Positions 1-11,684 of a DNA stretch of 64,000 nt are shown here, piece after piece. Origin of the DNA: an uncultured Clostridia bacterium (GTDB lineage Bacteria > Bacillota > Clostridia > TANB77 > CAG-508); NCBI GenBank assembly GCA_947594935.1, contig CANQEM010000005.1, positions 2,076 to 66,075 of the forward strand, written 5' to 3'. The position numbers and the translations under genes are program-made. The notes below the pieces were generated by a model, which ran no database searches, was not told the origin of the DNA, and saw only the letters and a program-made list of their open reading frames with translations. Position 1 is the first letter of the stretch. Each line of letters begins with the position of its first letter.

Positions 1-772
1 CTGATATATACATAACATCAAAATATTGTATTTCAAAATCTGTAAACATGTTTATTATAACATAAATGATATTTAATAGTGTTGATAGTGTAATTGCATA
101 GATTGACATATTTAATACTGCTCTATAACGCATTTTTACTTTTGCAAGAATACTTGTTAAATATCCAAAAGCACTTATGAAAATGCTATTTAAAAATGTG
201 TTTATAAAATATATGATAAATACATATATAAACAATGTAATTCCTAAGCTCATATATAAGCTTAACATTTGAGTTCCTTTTACATAATTTAGAACATCTT
301 GTTTTTCAAATCTTGTTATGCCCATTTCTCCTAATATTTTTGAGTATTCATAAGTCGTTATTCCCATCATAGAATTATTTTTTATAGCTACTTTATTTTT
401 TAACACTAGAACTCCATCTTTGTCATCAGTAAATTCTTGTGTTTCTTTGCTAGTATCTACAATAATTGTTCCTAATGCTGGGTTTTCAATTGTTATTGGA
501 CTTTCGCTTTTTACATCTAATACACCATCTTGATAAGAAAAATCTGGGAAATCGTTTTCGATGTATTGAACCACTTTGTTAACTGTTTGGGTTGTTTCAT
601 AAATCATACCTACACATATTACAATTGCAAGTATTGCTACTAATTTTGTTAAATAGTTTATTGCTCTTGGAACACCTTCTGCTGATAATTCTACATATTT
701 TTCAACATTAAACATTGATAGTTTTACTTTTTTAAAAAAGCTTTTTCTAGTATCTATTTGTTGTTCTTCCAT
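1..772 (-). CDS. Membrane protein, DUF1189-like (runs off the window edge)
   Basis: ATG at 772 after GGAAAGGA; reads MEEQQIDTRKSFFKKVKLSMFNVEKYVELSAEGVPRAINYL then hydrophobic segments. Family name from memory. Confidence 0.6.
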   Translation of the reverse strand, partial: MEEQQIDTRKSFFKKVKLSMFNVEKYVELSAEGVPRAINYLTKLVAILAIVICVGMIYETTQTVNKVVQYIENDFPDFSYQDGVLDVKSESPITIENPALGTIIVDTSKETQEFTDDKDGVLVLKNKVAIKNNSMMGITTYEYSKILGEMGITRFEKQDVLNYVKGTQMLSLYMSLGITLFIYVFIIYFINTFLNSIFISAFGYLTSILAKVKMRYRAVLNMSIYAITLSTLLNIIYVIINMFTDFEIQYFDVMYIS

Positions 773-802
773 CTATCTACCATTCCTTTCCTAGGTATAG
801 AT

Positions 803-1930
803 TTATTCATATTTTCTGATAACTTGTGATTCTACAAGAGTTGGATTTATTTGTATTTCAGCTATATCACCGATTTTTATATCTTTTCCAGTTATATCTG
901 CTACTATATGAAATGTGCCAATTCTTCCTAAAACTTCGCATTTTTTATTTGCTATCGTGATTTGCTTAGATTGTTTTTTGAAAAGATTTTTTAAATCATT
1001 TACCACATAACGTAATTTATCTATTGGTCTAAACATGTCCTTTCCTGTTTCTAAGCCAACCCCTTCAATATATCCAATTGGAAGAATTGCAACTGTTGTT
1101 TCTTTTTTAGTTGTATAACTATTTGAATATCCTATGTTATATCCTTTTGGTAGCTCTTTTATTTCCGCTACTTGTGTTTGCAATCTTGCGATTTTTTTTA
1201 AGCCTAATTTATTTTGAAAAGACAATCTGCCAGTAAATGCTGAACCTATTCTTACTGCATTTAAGTGCATTTCTGGGAATTTAATAAATGCTGATGAATT
1301 ACATACATGTAAAATTCCGGTTTTTACTTGGTTCATTTTTAAAACTTCTATACACTCTATAAAACGTTTAAACTGCAATTTTGTATAATTGTCATCATAA
1401 AAAGCATTTGAAAAATGAGTAAATGTTCCTTCTATTTCCACATTTTCTAATCCTTTTAGTGCTTCAATCATTTCTTCTCTTTTGCTATAAACAAAGCCGT
1501 ATCTTCCAAAGCCTGTGTCAATCTTAATATGTGCTTTTATTGTTTTATTTTTTTCTTTTGCTACTTTGCTTGCTGTTTCTGCCGCTTCTTTTGAACCTAT
1601 TGTGATAATAACATTTCTTTCAACTAGTTTTTCAATATCTTCTTTTATGGCTGTTGAAGATAGCATAAGTAATTTGTGAGTAAAGCCTAAATCTCTAAAT
1701 TGAAGTGCCTCTTGTACAGTTGATACAGCAAAAAAGTCAATACCATTATCTATTAAAAATTGTGTATATTGCTTCATATCTAAGCCATAAGCGTTTGCTT
1801 TTATTACTGCTATTATTGTAACTAGATTGCCTTCATCATCTGGTAGATTAGTTTTTGCATGTTCTTTTATTTTTTGAATATTATGTTTTAAATCTTTTTT
1901 ACTGATGATTAACTGGTTCATTTTTACCAT
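803..1930 (-). CDS. alr: Alanine racemase
   Basis: AVIKANAYG PLP-lysine motif, HIKIDTGFGRYG, IGYSNSY. Confidence 0.9.
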   Translation of the reverse strand: MVKMNQLIISKKDLKHNIQKIKEHAKTNLPDDEGNLVTIIAVIKANAYGLDMKQYTQFLIDNGIDFFAVSTVQEALQFRDLGFTHKLLMLSSTAIKEDIEKLVERNVIITIGSKEAAETASKVAKEKNKTIKAHIKIDTGFGRYGFVYSKREEMIEALKGLENVEIEGTFTHFSNAFYDDNYTKLQFKRFIECIEVLKMNQVKTGILHVCNSSAFIKFPEMHLNAVRIGSAFTGRLSFQNKLGLKKIARLQTQVAEIKELPKGYNIGYSNSYTTKKETTVAILPIGYIEGVGLETGKDMFRPIDKLRYVVNDLKNLFKKQSKQITIANKKCEVLGRIGTFHIVADITGKDIKIGDIAEIQINPTLVESQVIRKYE

Positions 1931-1936
1931 TCCTTT

Positions 1937-2998
1937 CTAATGCTTTTTTAGTTTTGTCTTTATTTGACGTACATTACGGAATAGCTTTTCTGAAATTTTA
2001 TATAATTTATATGTCAAAGGTTTGTATGGAATGTAAATTTCTCCTAAAAATTCTGTAAATTTTCCACCAAAGCCTTTTTTAAATCTATATAAGCCATATT
2101 GTGGGTGTGATTCATCAACAATTCCAGAAACACCTCTGAAATCATATATGTCATCTTTTCTGGCAATTGCCATTTTTATCATTTCCCATTGTAATAGATA
2201 ATTTGGCATTAAGTTTCTATGTTCATTACTACTTGCTCCATATAAATACCATGTTTTATTTCCATAAAAAATTGGTATTACTCCTGATATTGGCTTATCG
2301 TCATAATATGCCATCAGTAATTTTATATGGTCTGGTCCTAAGTTGTCATACATTTTTTCAAAATATTCTAATGGTCTAATAATAAAGCCATCTCTGGCAC
2401 CTGTTTCTACCATGATTTTATGGAATTCCTTTAAGTCATCTCTTGTTCCTTCTTTAACAACAACACCTTTTTTTGTTGCTAAACGTATATTATATCTCCA
2501 TTTTTGATGAAAACCTGCCATGACTTCTTCTTCTGTTTTGTTTTTGATGTCTAGCCTAAAAACATATCTTGGTTGAATTTCGTCCATAAAGTCTTTTGCA
2601 TCATCTTTTATTTCATATCCTAAATTTGATACTAATTCTCTAAAATCTTTGTCATCACTTTCAACATCTGGTTCTATTCTTAATACTATTGCTGAATATT
2701 TTTTTGCAAGTTCTTTTGCACCATCTGTTAGCTGTTTTAAAATGTTCATGTCATGTATATCACATACTGGTCCTCTTGGTGCATACATAATATTTCCAAA
2801 AATTGGTATTTTACGTATCCATACACATAGAGAGCCTATTATTTCCCCTTGATTATCTTCTGCTAAGATAACTTCTGGTATCCAATTTGGCTTTTTTACT
2901 TCCGCCCATTCTAGTGATTGCTGGAAGTTACACCTTTCATTTTCTTCTAAGAATTTTGTATATTGCTTTTTTGATTCGTCATCTGTTACGAATTTCAT
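1937..2998 (-). CDS. FemABX/MurM-family peptidoglycan interpeptide-bridge aminoacyltransferase
   Basis: FQQSLEWAEVK, YAPRGPV, KWRYNIRLA, YLYGASS, YDFRG, GLYRFKKGFGG. Confidence 0.88.
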   Translation of the reverse strand: MKFVTDDESKKQYTKFLEENERCNFQQSLEWAEVKKPNWIPEVILAEDNQGEIIGSLCVWIRKIPIFGNIMYAPRGPVCDIHDMNILKQLTDGAKELAKKYSAIVLRIEPDVESDDKDFRELVSNLGYEIKDDAKDFMDEIQPRYVFRLDIKNKTEEEVMAGFHQKWRYNIRLATKKGVVVKEGTRDDLKEFHKIMVETGARDGFIIRPLEYFEKMYDNLGPDHIKLLMAYYDDKPISGVIPIFYGNKTWYLYGASSNEHRNLMPNYLLQWEMIKMAIARKDDIYDFRGVSGIVDESHPQYGLYRFKKGFGGKFTEFLGEIYIPYKPLTYKLYKISEKLFRNVRQIKTKLKKH

Positions 2999-3104
2999 AT
3001 TTATCTATATCCTTTCTTATTATTAACCACATATCAGTATTTTACACCATTTCTAGGAATTTTACAAGTGCTTTTATAAATTTTGTATGAATAACAAAAA
3101 AACT

Positions 3105-3136
3105 CAATGTTGCAATTTTTTTTAACGCAACATTAA
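3105..3136 (-). terminator. Intrinsic terminator after ssrA
   Basis: AATGTTGC...GCAACATT inverted repeat next to an A-run (U-tract on the minus strand). Confidence 0.55.
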
Positions 3137-3154
3137 GCTCAAATTTAAGCTTTA

Positions 3155-3507
3155 TGGTGGAGATGAGGAGAGTCGAACTCCTGTCCATAGCATTTTCCAC
3201 ATAGACTTCTACAAGTTTAGTTTGTTGAAAATCTCTTTTTCATTTTTTCAGCAAACAAGAAAAATGAAACGTAACTCTAAAAATACCTACTATTCCAAGA
3301 GTGAGAATAGCTTCGTTTCCTATCTAAATGACACTTTATCCTAAGCGATAGGAACAAAGGTAAAGCGTAGCTACACCTAGGCAGCTAATGCAACTTCTTG
3401 ATTATTGTCTGCATTTATATTTATTTTCTCGTTTTTTAAGTGGCCAACGAGAATCCACTACTTGCTATCCATCCTTCTAATGCAATGTCGAAACCAAATA
3501 CATCCCC
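3155..3507 (-). ncRNA. ssrA: tmRNA, tag peptide ADNNQEVALAA*
   Basis: Minus strand starts GGGGATGTATTTGGTTTCGAC and ends GGAGTTCGACTCTCCTCATCTCCACCA; internal ORF GCA GAC AAT AAT CAA GAA GTT GCA TTA GCT GCC TAG. Confidence 0.95.
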
Positions 3508-3570
3508 ATGTAAATTTAATTATACTATATCTATGGTTGTTTGTCAATCAAGACAAAAGGAAACAGCGTT

Positions 3571-4890
3571 TTATGCTGTTTCTTTTGCATTTTCTGGAAT
3601 TGTTCTTTTTCTCTTATTTTTTAGTTGCTCTGTCTTCTTATTTTCATTTATTACTAATTCTGGTTGTTTGTTTCCTACAACTGTTTCTTTTGTTATAATA
3701 CATTTTTCAATATATGGGTTTGAAGGAATATCAAACATTATATCTCTCATGATTTCTTCTATTATAGAGCGTAAGCCTCTTGCGCCTGTTTTCCTTTCAA
3801 TTGCCTTATCTACAATAGCTTCTAAGGCATCTCTTGAAAATTCAAGTTCTACTCCGTCAATTTCTAATAATTTTTTGTATTGTTTTACTAAGGCATTTTT
3901 TGGTTCAGTTGCAATTTTAATTAAAGCTTCTCTATCTAGGTCTTTAAGTGTTGATATAATTGGCAACCTTCCTATAAATTCTGGAATTAAACCAAATTTC
4001 AATAAGTCTTGTGGTAATAATTCTTTAAACACTTCATATTGATTGATTTCTTTCTTGCTTTCGATTTTTGTTCCAAAACCTATAAGCTTTTCGCCTGTTC
4101 TTTCTTTTATGATGTTTTCTAGTCCTTCAAAAGCTCCTCCACAGATAAATAAGATATTTTCTGTGTTTATTTGTATTAACTCTTGATTTGGATGCTTTCT
4201 TCCACCTTGTGGTGGTACTGATGCAACTGTTCCTTCTATTATTTTTAATAGGGCTTGTTGCACACCTTCCCCACTTACATCTCGTGTAATAGATGGGTTT
4301 TCTGATTTTCTTGTGATTTTATCAATTTCATCAATATATACTATACCTTTTTCAGCTTTTTGTACATCTCCATCTGCTGCTTGTATTAACTTTAATAAGA
4401 TATTTTCTACATCTTCGCCAACATATCCAGCTTCTGTTAAAGTGGTAGCATCAGCAATGGCAAATGGCACATTTAAGATTTTTGCCAAAGTTCTTGCTAA
4501 TAAAGTTTTTCCACATCCAGTTGGTCCTAATAGCAAAATATTACTTTTTTGAATTTCAACACTTTCATCTTTTTGATGTGTTTCTTCTTCATACGCAATT
4601 CTTTTATAGTGGTTATACACTGCTACTGATAAGCTTTTCTTTGCTTCTTCTTGCCCTATTACATAGTCATCTAATGTCTTTTTTATTTCACTTGGGCTTG
4701 GAAGTTCTTCTGTTAATGTATAGCCTATGTCATCATCTTGAAACAATTCTGCTTCAATAATGCTTGTACATAAATCTACACACTCATCACAAATATATAC
4801 TCCTGGCCCAGCTACTAATTTTTTTACATTTTCTTGTGCCTTTCCACAGAAAGAACATCTTACATGATTTGGTATATCATTTTTTGGCAT
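3571..4890 (-). CDS. clpX: Clp protease ATP-binding subunit ClpX
   Basis: CSFCGK zinc finger, [28 protein letters not shown]; start moved to ATG 4890 behind AAGGAG. Confidence 0.97.
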   Translation of the reverse strand: MPKNDIPNHVRCSFCGKAQENVKKLVAGPGVYICDECVDLCTSIIEAELFQDDDIGYTLTEELPSPSEIKKTLDDYVIGQEEAKKSLSVAVYNHYKRIAYEEETHQKDESVEIQKSNILLLGPTGCGKTLLARTLAKILNVPFAIADATTLTEAGYVGEDVENILLKLIQAADGDVQKAEKGIVYIDEIDKITRKSENPSITRDVSGEGVQQALLKIIEGTVASVPPQGGRKHPNQELIQINTENILFICGGAFEGLENIIKERTGEKLIGFGTKIESKKEINQYEVFKELLPQDLLKFGLIPEFIGRLPIISTLKDLDREALIKIATEPKNALVKQYKKLLEIDGVELEFSRDALEAIVDKAIERKTGARGLRSIIEEIMRDIMFDIPSNPYIEKCIITKETVVGNKQPELVINENKKTEQLKNKRKRTIPENAKETA

Positions 4891-4906
4891 TATTCCAACT
4901 CCTTTT

Positions 4907-5512
4907 TTACATTCTATGATCCATAATTCCATCAATTAGACCATAATTTAAAGCTTCTTCTGCTGTCATATAATGGTCTCTTTCTGTGTCTCTTTCGATA
5001 ACATCAATTGGTTGACCTGTTCTTTCACTTAAAAATCTGTTTAATTTTTCTCTTGTTCTAACTAAGTGATCTGCATGAATTTTTACTTCTGTTGCTTGAC
5101 CAGAAATTCCGCCACCACCGATTAAAGGTTGATGTATTAAAATTTCTGCATTTGGTGTGGCAAATCTTTTACCTTTTTCACCTGCTGATAATAGGGCTGC
5201 TCCCATACTTGCTGCCATACCTATACAAATTGTTGATACTGGGCATTTAATATAGTTCATTGTGTCTATAATTCCCATGCCGTCTGTGATTGAGCCACCT
5301 GGTGAATTGATGTATAAATTTATATCTTTATCTGGATCTTCTGATTCCAAGAATAATAATTGTGCAATTATTAAACTTGATGTTGTTGGGTTAACATCCT
5401 CCCCTAAAAATATAATTCTGTCTTTTAATAGTCTTGAAAAAATGTCATAAGACCTTTCTCCCTTACTTGTTTGCTCGATAACATAAGGTACTAAGCTGTT
5501 TTTTTCTAACAT
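4907..5512 (-). CDS. clpP: Clp protease proteolytic subunit
   Basis: [32 protein letters not shown]. Confidence 0.97.
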   Translation of the reverse strand: MLEKNSLVPYVIEQTSKGERSYDIFSRLLKDRIIFLGEDVNPTTSSLIIAQLLFLESEDPDKDINLYINSPGGSITDGMGIIDTMNYIKCPVSTICIGMAASMGAALLSAGEKGKRFATPNAEILIHQPLIGGGGISGQATEVKIHADHLVRTREKLNRFLSERTGQPIDVIERDTERDHYMTAEEALNYGLIDGIMDHRM

Positions 5513-5583
5513 TTTAATTCCTCCTTTTTTTACATAAAAAGGTTAGAGAATATAAGTTTACATCTAACCTCTTCCCTAGCCTT

Positions 5584-6870
5584 TTATTTTATTTTTGCAT
5601 TTTTTACTAAGAATTCAATGGCTTTTTCTGATTTCATTCCTTCTTCAATGTAGCTTCTTATATTTTCATTTTTTAGGAATTCGTCATCACTTTCTCTGCC
5701 ATAGTTTTTAGCCATTTCTTTCATCTTTTCGTCTACTTCTTCTGGGGTTGTTTCTATCTTTTCTTCTTTTATAACTGCTTCTATCATTAGTCTTGTTTTA
5801 ACTGCATCTGATGCTTGAGGTTCATATTCTTTTTTAATTTCTTCTTCTGTTTTTCCTAACATTTGAAGATATTGTTCTAATTTTAAACCTTGATAAGATA
5901 ATCTTTGTCCAAGGTCTTTAACCATATTATCTACTTCTGTTTCAATCATTCCAGAAGGAATTTCAACTTCGACATTTTTGCAAACTTCTTTGATGACTTC
6001 TTCTTCTGTCTCATATTTTTCTTTTTGTGCATTTTCTTCTTCTAATTTTTCTTTGATACTTTTTTTCAATTCGTCTAATGTATCAAATTCACTTGCATCT
6101 TTTGCAAATTCGTCATCTAATTTTGGTAATTCTTTTTTCTTAATTTCATGAACTTTTACTTTGAAAGTTGCATCTTTTCCAGCTAAGTCTTTTGAAAAAT
6201 ATTCGTCTGGGAACTTAACTTTGATTTCTCTTTCTTCATCTATTTTCATCCCAATAATTTGGTCTTCAAAACCTGGTATAAATGTTTTGCTACCTATTGT
6301 TAATTCATGTCCTTCTGCTTTTCCACCTTCAAATGGAACACCATCAACAAAACCTTCAAAATCAATTGTTGCAATGTCTCCATCTTGAACTGGTCTATCT
6401 TCAATTGAGATTAGTCTTGAATTATGTTCTTGTAAGTGGCCTAGTTCGTGTTCGATGTCTTCATCTTTTACATTATACTCTATTTTTTTGATTTCTATAC
6501 CTTTATATTTTCCTAACTTTGCTTCTGGTTTTGTTTGAAAAATAGCTGTGAAAATTAAGTCTTCACCTTTACCTATTTGCTTAATATCAATATCTGGTCT
6601 GCTAACTGCTTTGATGTCATTTTCTTTTAAAGCTTCTTCCAATACTTCTGGTGCTAGGTCATTAAAAGTATCTTCATAAAAGATTTCTTTGCCATAATAT
6701 TTTTCTACAATATTCATAGGAGCTTTTCCTTTGCGGAATCCTGGAATATTAAAATATTTTGCACTTTTAAAATATACTTTTTTCATTGCATCATCAAATC
6801 TTGATGCTTCTACTGTTAATTCTAATTTAACTTCATTTGTATTTTCTGTTTTTTCAACTTTACAATTCAT
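5584..6870 (-). CDS. tig: Trigger factor
   Basis: IPGFRKGKAP motif, FKBP-like domain, tig-clpP-clpX order. Confidence 0.97.
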   Translation of the reverse strand: MNCKVEKTENTNEVKLELTVEASRFDDAMKKVYFKSAKYFNIPGFRKGKAPMNIVEKYYGKEIFYEDTFNDLAPEVLEEALKENDIKAVSRPDIDIKQIGKGEDLIFTAIFQTKPEAKLGKYKGIEIKKIEYNVKDEDIEHELGHLQEHNSRLISIEDRPVQDGDIATIDFEGFVDGVPFEGGKAEGHELTIGSKTFIPGFEDQIIGMKIDEEREIKVKFPDEYFSKDLAGKDATFKVKVHEIKKKELPKLDDEFAKDASEFDTLDELKKSIKEKLEEENAQKEKYETEEEVIKEVCKNVEVEIPSGMIETEVDNMVKDLGQRLSYQGLKLEQYLQMLGKTEEEIKKEYEPQASDAVKTRLMIEAVIKEEKIETTPEEVDEKMKEMAKNYGRESDDEFLKNENIRSYIEEGMKSEKAIEFLVKNAKIK

Positions 6871-6964
6871 TTTTTCATATCCTTTCCTACTTTATAGCTT
6901 TTATATTATATCATATAATTCTTATTTTGCAAGATTTTTTGCACATTTTTTTTATTTTTCAGGC

Positions 6965-9298
6965 TTATGTTGAAAAAGCTTTCATAAATATATTTAAAAG
7001 AATAAAATCAGATAGTGCAATTAAGATGATTTTTATAATATATGTAAATATTGGTAAAAGTGGCGAAATTGCAAACCACCAATCAAGGTAGATTAAGCAA
7101 CCTGCAAATAGTACTGTCATAAAAATTGCAAGTAATAATCTGAAAACTGAAAATGGTAAAAAGCTATTTTCACTTTTTCTAGATTTTGCAAGTGTAAATA
7201 GTAAGATAATTCCGCAAACGCCAGTTGAAACAACGCATAAGCTAGAATAAAGATTATGCGGAACTAAGCCATATTTCGTCAATATTGATAAAGCAAAAAC
7301 ATTTATTACAACTGTTAAACCTGTCGGCAATGCTTTACCTATGACATTTTGCAAGAATTTACCTTGTATGCGTTCTTTGTTTGGTTCAAGTGCTAATACA
7401 AATGAAGGTATTCCAATAGTTACAACACTTATTAAACTTAATTGAATTGGCATAAATGGATAGTCTTGACCCATGAATAAAAACATAAAGGCTAAAATTG
7501 TTGCATAAATTGTTTTTACTAAAAACAATGTTGCAGACCTTTGTATGTTGTTTATTGTTCTTCTACCTTCTGCTACGATTTTAGGCATAGAAGCAAAATT
7601 AGAATCTAGTAAAACTAGTTGTGCAACATTTTTTGTGGCATCACTACTATTTGCCATTGCAATACTACAATCAGAAGCTTTTAGAGCAAGAACATCATTT
7701 ACGCCATCTCCTGTCATTGCAACTTTTCTTTTATTAGCTTGTAATGCAAGAATAAGCTCTTTTTTCTGGAATGGTGATACTCGCCCAAAGATAGTATATT
7801 TTTGAGCAATTTCTTTCATGTCTGCATCTTCTGCTATTTTTGACATATCAATGTATAAATCAAAATTTTTAACTCCAACTTGTTTTGCAATTTGCGAAAC
7901 AGTTATAGGGTTGTCCCCAGAAATGATTTTTATATCAACATCTTGATTATAAAAATATTTAATTGTGCTTTTGGCATTTTTTCTAATTTTGTCAGACATG
8001 CAGACTAGTCCGATAAGTTTTAGGTCTGTTGGTAAATTATTTTCAACAAATTTTTCTTGTGAACAAGACACAGCTAAAACTCTAAATTCTTGTGTGTATT
8101 TTTTTATTTCATTTTCATAATTTTTAAATTGATCTTTTAAAACAAATTCAGGTGCTCCAATTACATAAGTTCCATTTTCAAAGCTAATTCCAGACCATTT
8201 TGCTTGTGAAGAAAATGGCACTTTTTGCAATGGTTCCCAAAGATTTTGTTTTCCAAATTTATAGGAACGCAAAGCTTGAATAGTTGCATTTTCATCATCA
8301 GATGATTTTGCAATATTCCATAAAATTGTTTTCAATTGATTTTCATCAATATCAATTGGTATAATATCTTTTACCTCTATGACGCCCTCTGTTAGTGTTC
8401 CTGTTTTATCTAAGCAAAGTGTATCTACATAGGCTAATGTTTCAATACAATATAATTCTTGTACAAGTACTTTTGATTTTGACAATCGAATTACACTAAC
8501 TGCTAAAACTGTGCTAGTTAAAAGTACAAGCCCTTCTGGTATCATGCCAATTATTGCAGCAACTGTTTTTACAACTGCTCTTTGCAAACTGATTTCCTGC
8601 ATATAGTATTGTGCGCAAAATAGCGCTATTCCAATAGGTACAATTGCAAAAGTTAACCATTTTATTATTTTTTTCAAAGACGTCATAATTTCTGAATTTA
8701 TTTTTTTAACATATTTGCTTCCTGCTGAAATTTTAGCTGTGTAATTATCTTCTCCTACATGAACAACTTTTGCAATACATTTTCCGCTGACTATAAAACT
8801 TCCAGATAACAAAGTGTCTCCGTCATTTTTTTGAATTGTGTCAGCTTCACCTGTAATAAAAGATTCGTTTACTTGAATATTTCCTTCTAAAATCATGCTG
8901 TCTGTTGGAATTTGACTTCCTGTGTTAAATTCCAAAATATCATCTAAAACAATTTCATTTATATGAATTTCTTGTTTTTTTCCATCACGAATAGCAGTTA
9001 CTTTTTGGCTAGCTAGAAAAGACAATTTATCTATTACTTTTTTTGCGTGAATTTCTTGAATAGTGCTAATTGCTGTGTTTATAATAGCTATTAGCAAAAA
9101 TGTCATGTTTCTATAAGAGCCAACCAAAAAAACTGCAATTCCTAAAAATAAATTTAAAACATTAAATAATGTGAAAAAGTTATCAAATAAAATTTTCTTT
9201 ATACTTTTTGTGGGTGTTGTAGAATCATAGTTTACAAGGTTGTGTGCTTTTCTTTTTTCAACTTCTTCGATAGTTAATCCTGCGTATTTCAATGACAA
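6965..9298 (-). CDS. P-type cation-transporting ATPase (CtpE-like)
   Basis: TGEA, IPEGL, DKTGTLT, ISGDNP, MTGDGVND. Confidence 0.92.
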   Translation of the reverse strand: MSLKYAGLTIEEVEKRKAHNLVNYDSTTPTKSIKKILFDNFFTLFNVLNLFLGIAVFLVGSYRNMTFLLIAIINTAISTIQEIHAKKVIDKLSFLASQKVTAIRDGKKQEIHINEIVLDDILEFNTGSQIPTDSMILEGNIQVNESFITGEADTIQKNDGDTLLSGSFIVSGKCIAKVVHVGEDNYTAKISAGSKYVKKINSEIMTSLKKIIKWLTFAIVPIGIALFCAQYYMQEISLQRAVVKTVAAIIGMIPEGLVLLTSTVLAVSVIRLSKSKVLVQELYCIETLAYVDTLCLDKTGTLTEGVIEVKDIIPIDIDENQLKTILWNIAKSSDDENATIQALRSYKFGKQNLWEPLQKVPFSSQAKWSGISFENGTYVIGAPEFVLKDQFKNYENEIKKYTQEFRVLAVSCSQEKFVENNLPTDLKLIGLVCMSDKIRKNAKSTIKYFYNQDVDIKIISGDNPITVSQIAKQVGVKNFDLYIDMSKIAEDADMKEIAQKYTIFGRVSPFQKKELILALQANKRKVAMTGDGVNDVLALKASDCSIAMANSSDATKNVAQLVLLDSNFASMPKIVAEGRRTINNIQRSATLFLVKTIYATILAFMFLFMGQDYPFMPIQLSLISVVTIGIPSFVLALEPNKERIQGKFLQNVIGKALPTGLTVVINVFALSILTKYGLVPHNLYSSLCVVSTGVCGIILLFTLAKSRKSENSFLPFSVFRLLLAIFMTVLFAGCLIYLDWWFAISPLLPIFTYIIKIILIALSDFILLNIFMKAFST

Positions 9299-9316
9299 CT
9301 TCTCCTTCGATTTAAT

Positions 9317-10534
9317 TTATTCTTCTTTGGTTTTTTCACTTTTCTTAGGCATTAGATGTGTTATAACAATTCCTAAACCAATTATTGCTGCTGCAATTGA
9401 TATTACTGTGTTAACATAAGGAACAAATGAACTTGCCCAAATTACTAAGCCACAAGCTAATATTATTCCTAATTTTGCAATATTTTTTTCTAATTTGCAT
9501 ACTTCACAAATTTTATTACTAATAGTAATTATAGCTATATATTTTGCAAGTATAAGTAAAAGTATATAAAGTGCCAATATTGTTAGTCCTGCTGTTGATG
9601 CAACTGAACTTACTAATAATACTACACTGATAATTGGAAGTACTATTATTCCTAAAATACCATGTAAAATAATTGAGCCTTTTTTTGTTTTCAATAGAAC
9701 TTTTGAATTGTCTAAGAATTTTGATCCAAGCCAAATTAGTGCTAACCATACAAGAACTAGTGTGCATATAAAGTTAAATAATGATAATAGGTTTTCTTCT
9801 ATGTTCATGCTTCTAGTTATATTTATTTTTTTGAATTCAATATTTCCCTCTACACTTGTACGAGGTATAGAAGCCTCTTGATTTGCCATATATTCTAGGT
9901 TTCCACCTATACTGATTTCAGCATTTTTATCAGATGCACCAAAGCTTAGATTTTTGCATGTTGCATAAACATTTTGTCCAACCATACCTGATATATCAGC
10001 TTTTTCTGCACATATACGTAAACTACGGTAAGCTGTAGCATTTACAAATTCAAAGTCTTCACAACATGCGTAGACATCATATACATCGCCTTTGATTTTT
10101 ATTTTATTTGCCATTGCAAACAAGTTATTACTTATGTAAGCATATTCTCCTATTTCAATGGTTTCTGCCATTATAAACGCATCACCCATGATTTCTGAAT
10201 CTATTGTAACTGTATCTGCACATACATATAAATTTCCGTCAATGTTTTTACTAATTTTAGCTTCTTTTTCAAATATGTACATGTCTCCTTCATGTAAATT
10301 GCTGTCTTCTTCATATTCAACATCTTCGTCCATATCTTCTAATATTTCTACGTCAGATTCATCTTCTATGTCTTCATCTTCGCTAATTTCTTCACTTTTT
10401 ACGAGATTACCATTGTCTTCGTTTATAAGCATAATTGCATCTGCTGGGTTAGGCGTTGTAGCAGATGAAATAACCGGACATGCTATAAACATCAATATCA
10501 ATAGTGAAATTAAAAATATTTTTGATTTTTTCAT
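9317..10534 (-). CDS. Membrane protein with signal peptide, acidic linker, beta-helix (bactofilin-like) repeats and C-terminal TM bundle
   Basis: Repeated I-x-G-[DN]-[LAV]-[YF] units, about 5 C-terminal TM helices; start ATG 10534 after GGGGG. Confidence 0.6.
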   Translation of the reverse strand: MKKSKIFLISLLILMFIACPVISSATTPNPADAIMLINEDNGNLVKSEEISEDEDIEDESDVEILEDMDEDVEYEEDSNLHEGDMYIFEKEAKISKNIDGNLYVCADTVTIDSEIMGDAFIMAETIEIGEYAYISNNLFAMANKIKIKGDVYDVYACCEDFEFVNATAYRSLRICAEKADISGMVGQNVYATCKNLSFGASDKNAEISIGGNLEYMANQEASIPRTSVEGNIEFKKINITRSMNIEENLLSLFNFICTLVLVWLALIWLGSKFLDNSKVLLKTKKGSIILHGILGIIVLPIISVVLLVSSVASTAGLTILALYILLLILAKYIAIITISNKICEVCKLEKNIAKLGIILACGLVIWASSFVPYVNTVISIAAAIIGLGIVITHLMPKKSEKTKEE

Positions 10535-10598
10535 AAAAAAACCCCCTAAATAAATGTACAATTAAAATATACATCTAAAAATTGGGGTTGTCAATATC

Positions 10599-10739
10599 TT
10601 ATTCATTTTTTGATGTGCAATATGGTATAAAATATGCGCAGTCTGAATTTGAAGAAATACAAGCTGAGCCAACTATATTATAAGAACATTTTCCGTCTCG
10701 CTGATAAATACAATTTGCCGTACAATTTATATTTGTCAA
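10599..10739 (-). CDS. Small Cys-rich protein (46 aa)
   Basis: AAGGAG then TTG; INCTANCIYQRDGKC...SNSDCAYF. Confidence 0.6.
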   Translation of the reverse strand: MTNINCTANCIYQRDGKCSYNIVGSACISSNSDCAYFIPYCTSKNE

Positions 10740-10758
10740 GACATACACTCCTTTTCTT

Positions 10759-11397
10759 TTATTTTGCATTATTATGTGCAAATAGGCAAAATTTATTCAC
10801 GGAACATTTTTCACACTGTGGTTTCCTAGCAATACATCTGTTACGACCATGCCATACTAAAAGATGATTTATATCTTTTAAGGTTTCTTTTGGAAAAATT
10901 GAGAGTAAATCTTGTTCAATTTTTTCTGGTTCTTTTTCTTTTGATAATCCCATTAAATTTGAAATACGCTTAACATGTGTATCAACAGCTATTCCATTAG
11001 CTATTCCAAAGGCTTCTAATAAAATTACATTTGCAGACTTTCTGCCAACACCTGCTAAGCTTAGCAAGTCTTCCATATTATTTGGAACTACTCCGTCAAA
11101 ATTTTCAAGAACTTGCTTTGCACATAATTTGATATTTTTGGCTTTGTTTTTATAAAAGCCACATGGATGTATTATATCTTCTAATTCCTTAATATCAATC
11201 TCTGCATAGTCTTGAATAGTTTTACATCTTGAAAAAAGAGCTGGTGTTGTTTTGTTTACACGCTCATCTGTGCATTGTGCAGAAAGCATAACTGCAACAA
11301 CAATTTCAAAAGGTGTAGTGAAATCCAAGCTACAAGTGGCTTCTGGATATGTTTTTTTCAAAATATCTACTAAATTTTTTGCTTCTTTTTTATTCAT
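10759..11397 (-). CDS. nth: Endonuclease III
   Basis: LSAQCTDERVN, HhH LAGVGRKSAN, VDTHV, C-x6-C-x2-C-x5-C. Confidence 0.96.
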   Translation of the reverse strand: MNKKEAKNLVDILKKTYPEATCSLDFTTPFEIVVAVMLSAQCTDERVNKTTPALFSRCKTIQDYAEIDIKELEDIIHPCGFYKNKAKNIKLCAKQVLENFDGVVPNNMEDLLSLAGVGRKSANVILLEAFGIANGIAVDTHVKRISNLMGLSKEKEPEKIEQDLLSIFPKETLKDINHLLVWHGRNRCIARKPQCEKCSVNKFCLFAHNNAK

Positions 11398-11519
11398 TAT
11401 ATTTTCTCCTTTTTCTATTAAAGTATAGCTCTTTTTTGAATATTGGTCAATAGTTTAACATAAATAGGAACAAATAAAGTTAAGTTTGAATATTATATAC
11501 AAAAGAAGGGAGAAATAGC

Positions 11520-11669
11520 ATGTTTTGTTTTTTAAAGAAATTACTTGGTGTGTGCCTAGTTGGTTTAGGTTTGGGAATTTTACTTGTGTTATTGCTTCCA
11601 TTAACAGGTTGGCTATTTATTATCGGTGTTGGACTGGCTTGTGTAGGGTTAGCATGGTTTATATGCTGA
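11520..11669 (+). CDS. Small two-helix membrane protein (49 aa), not in ORF track
   Basis: GAAGGGAG RBS; MFCFLKKLLGVCLVGLGLGILLVLLLPLTGWLFIIGVGLACVGLAWFIC*. Confidence 0.7.
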   Translation: MFCFLKKLLGVCLVGLGLGILLVLLLPLTGWLFIIGVGLACVGLAWFIC

Positions 11670-11684
11670 AAAGGAGGTAATGTT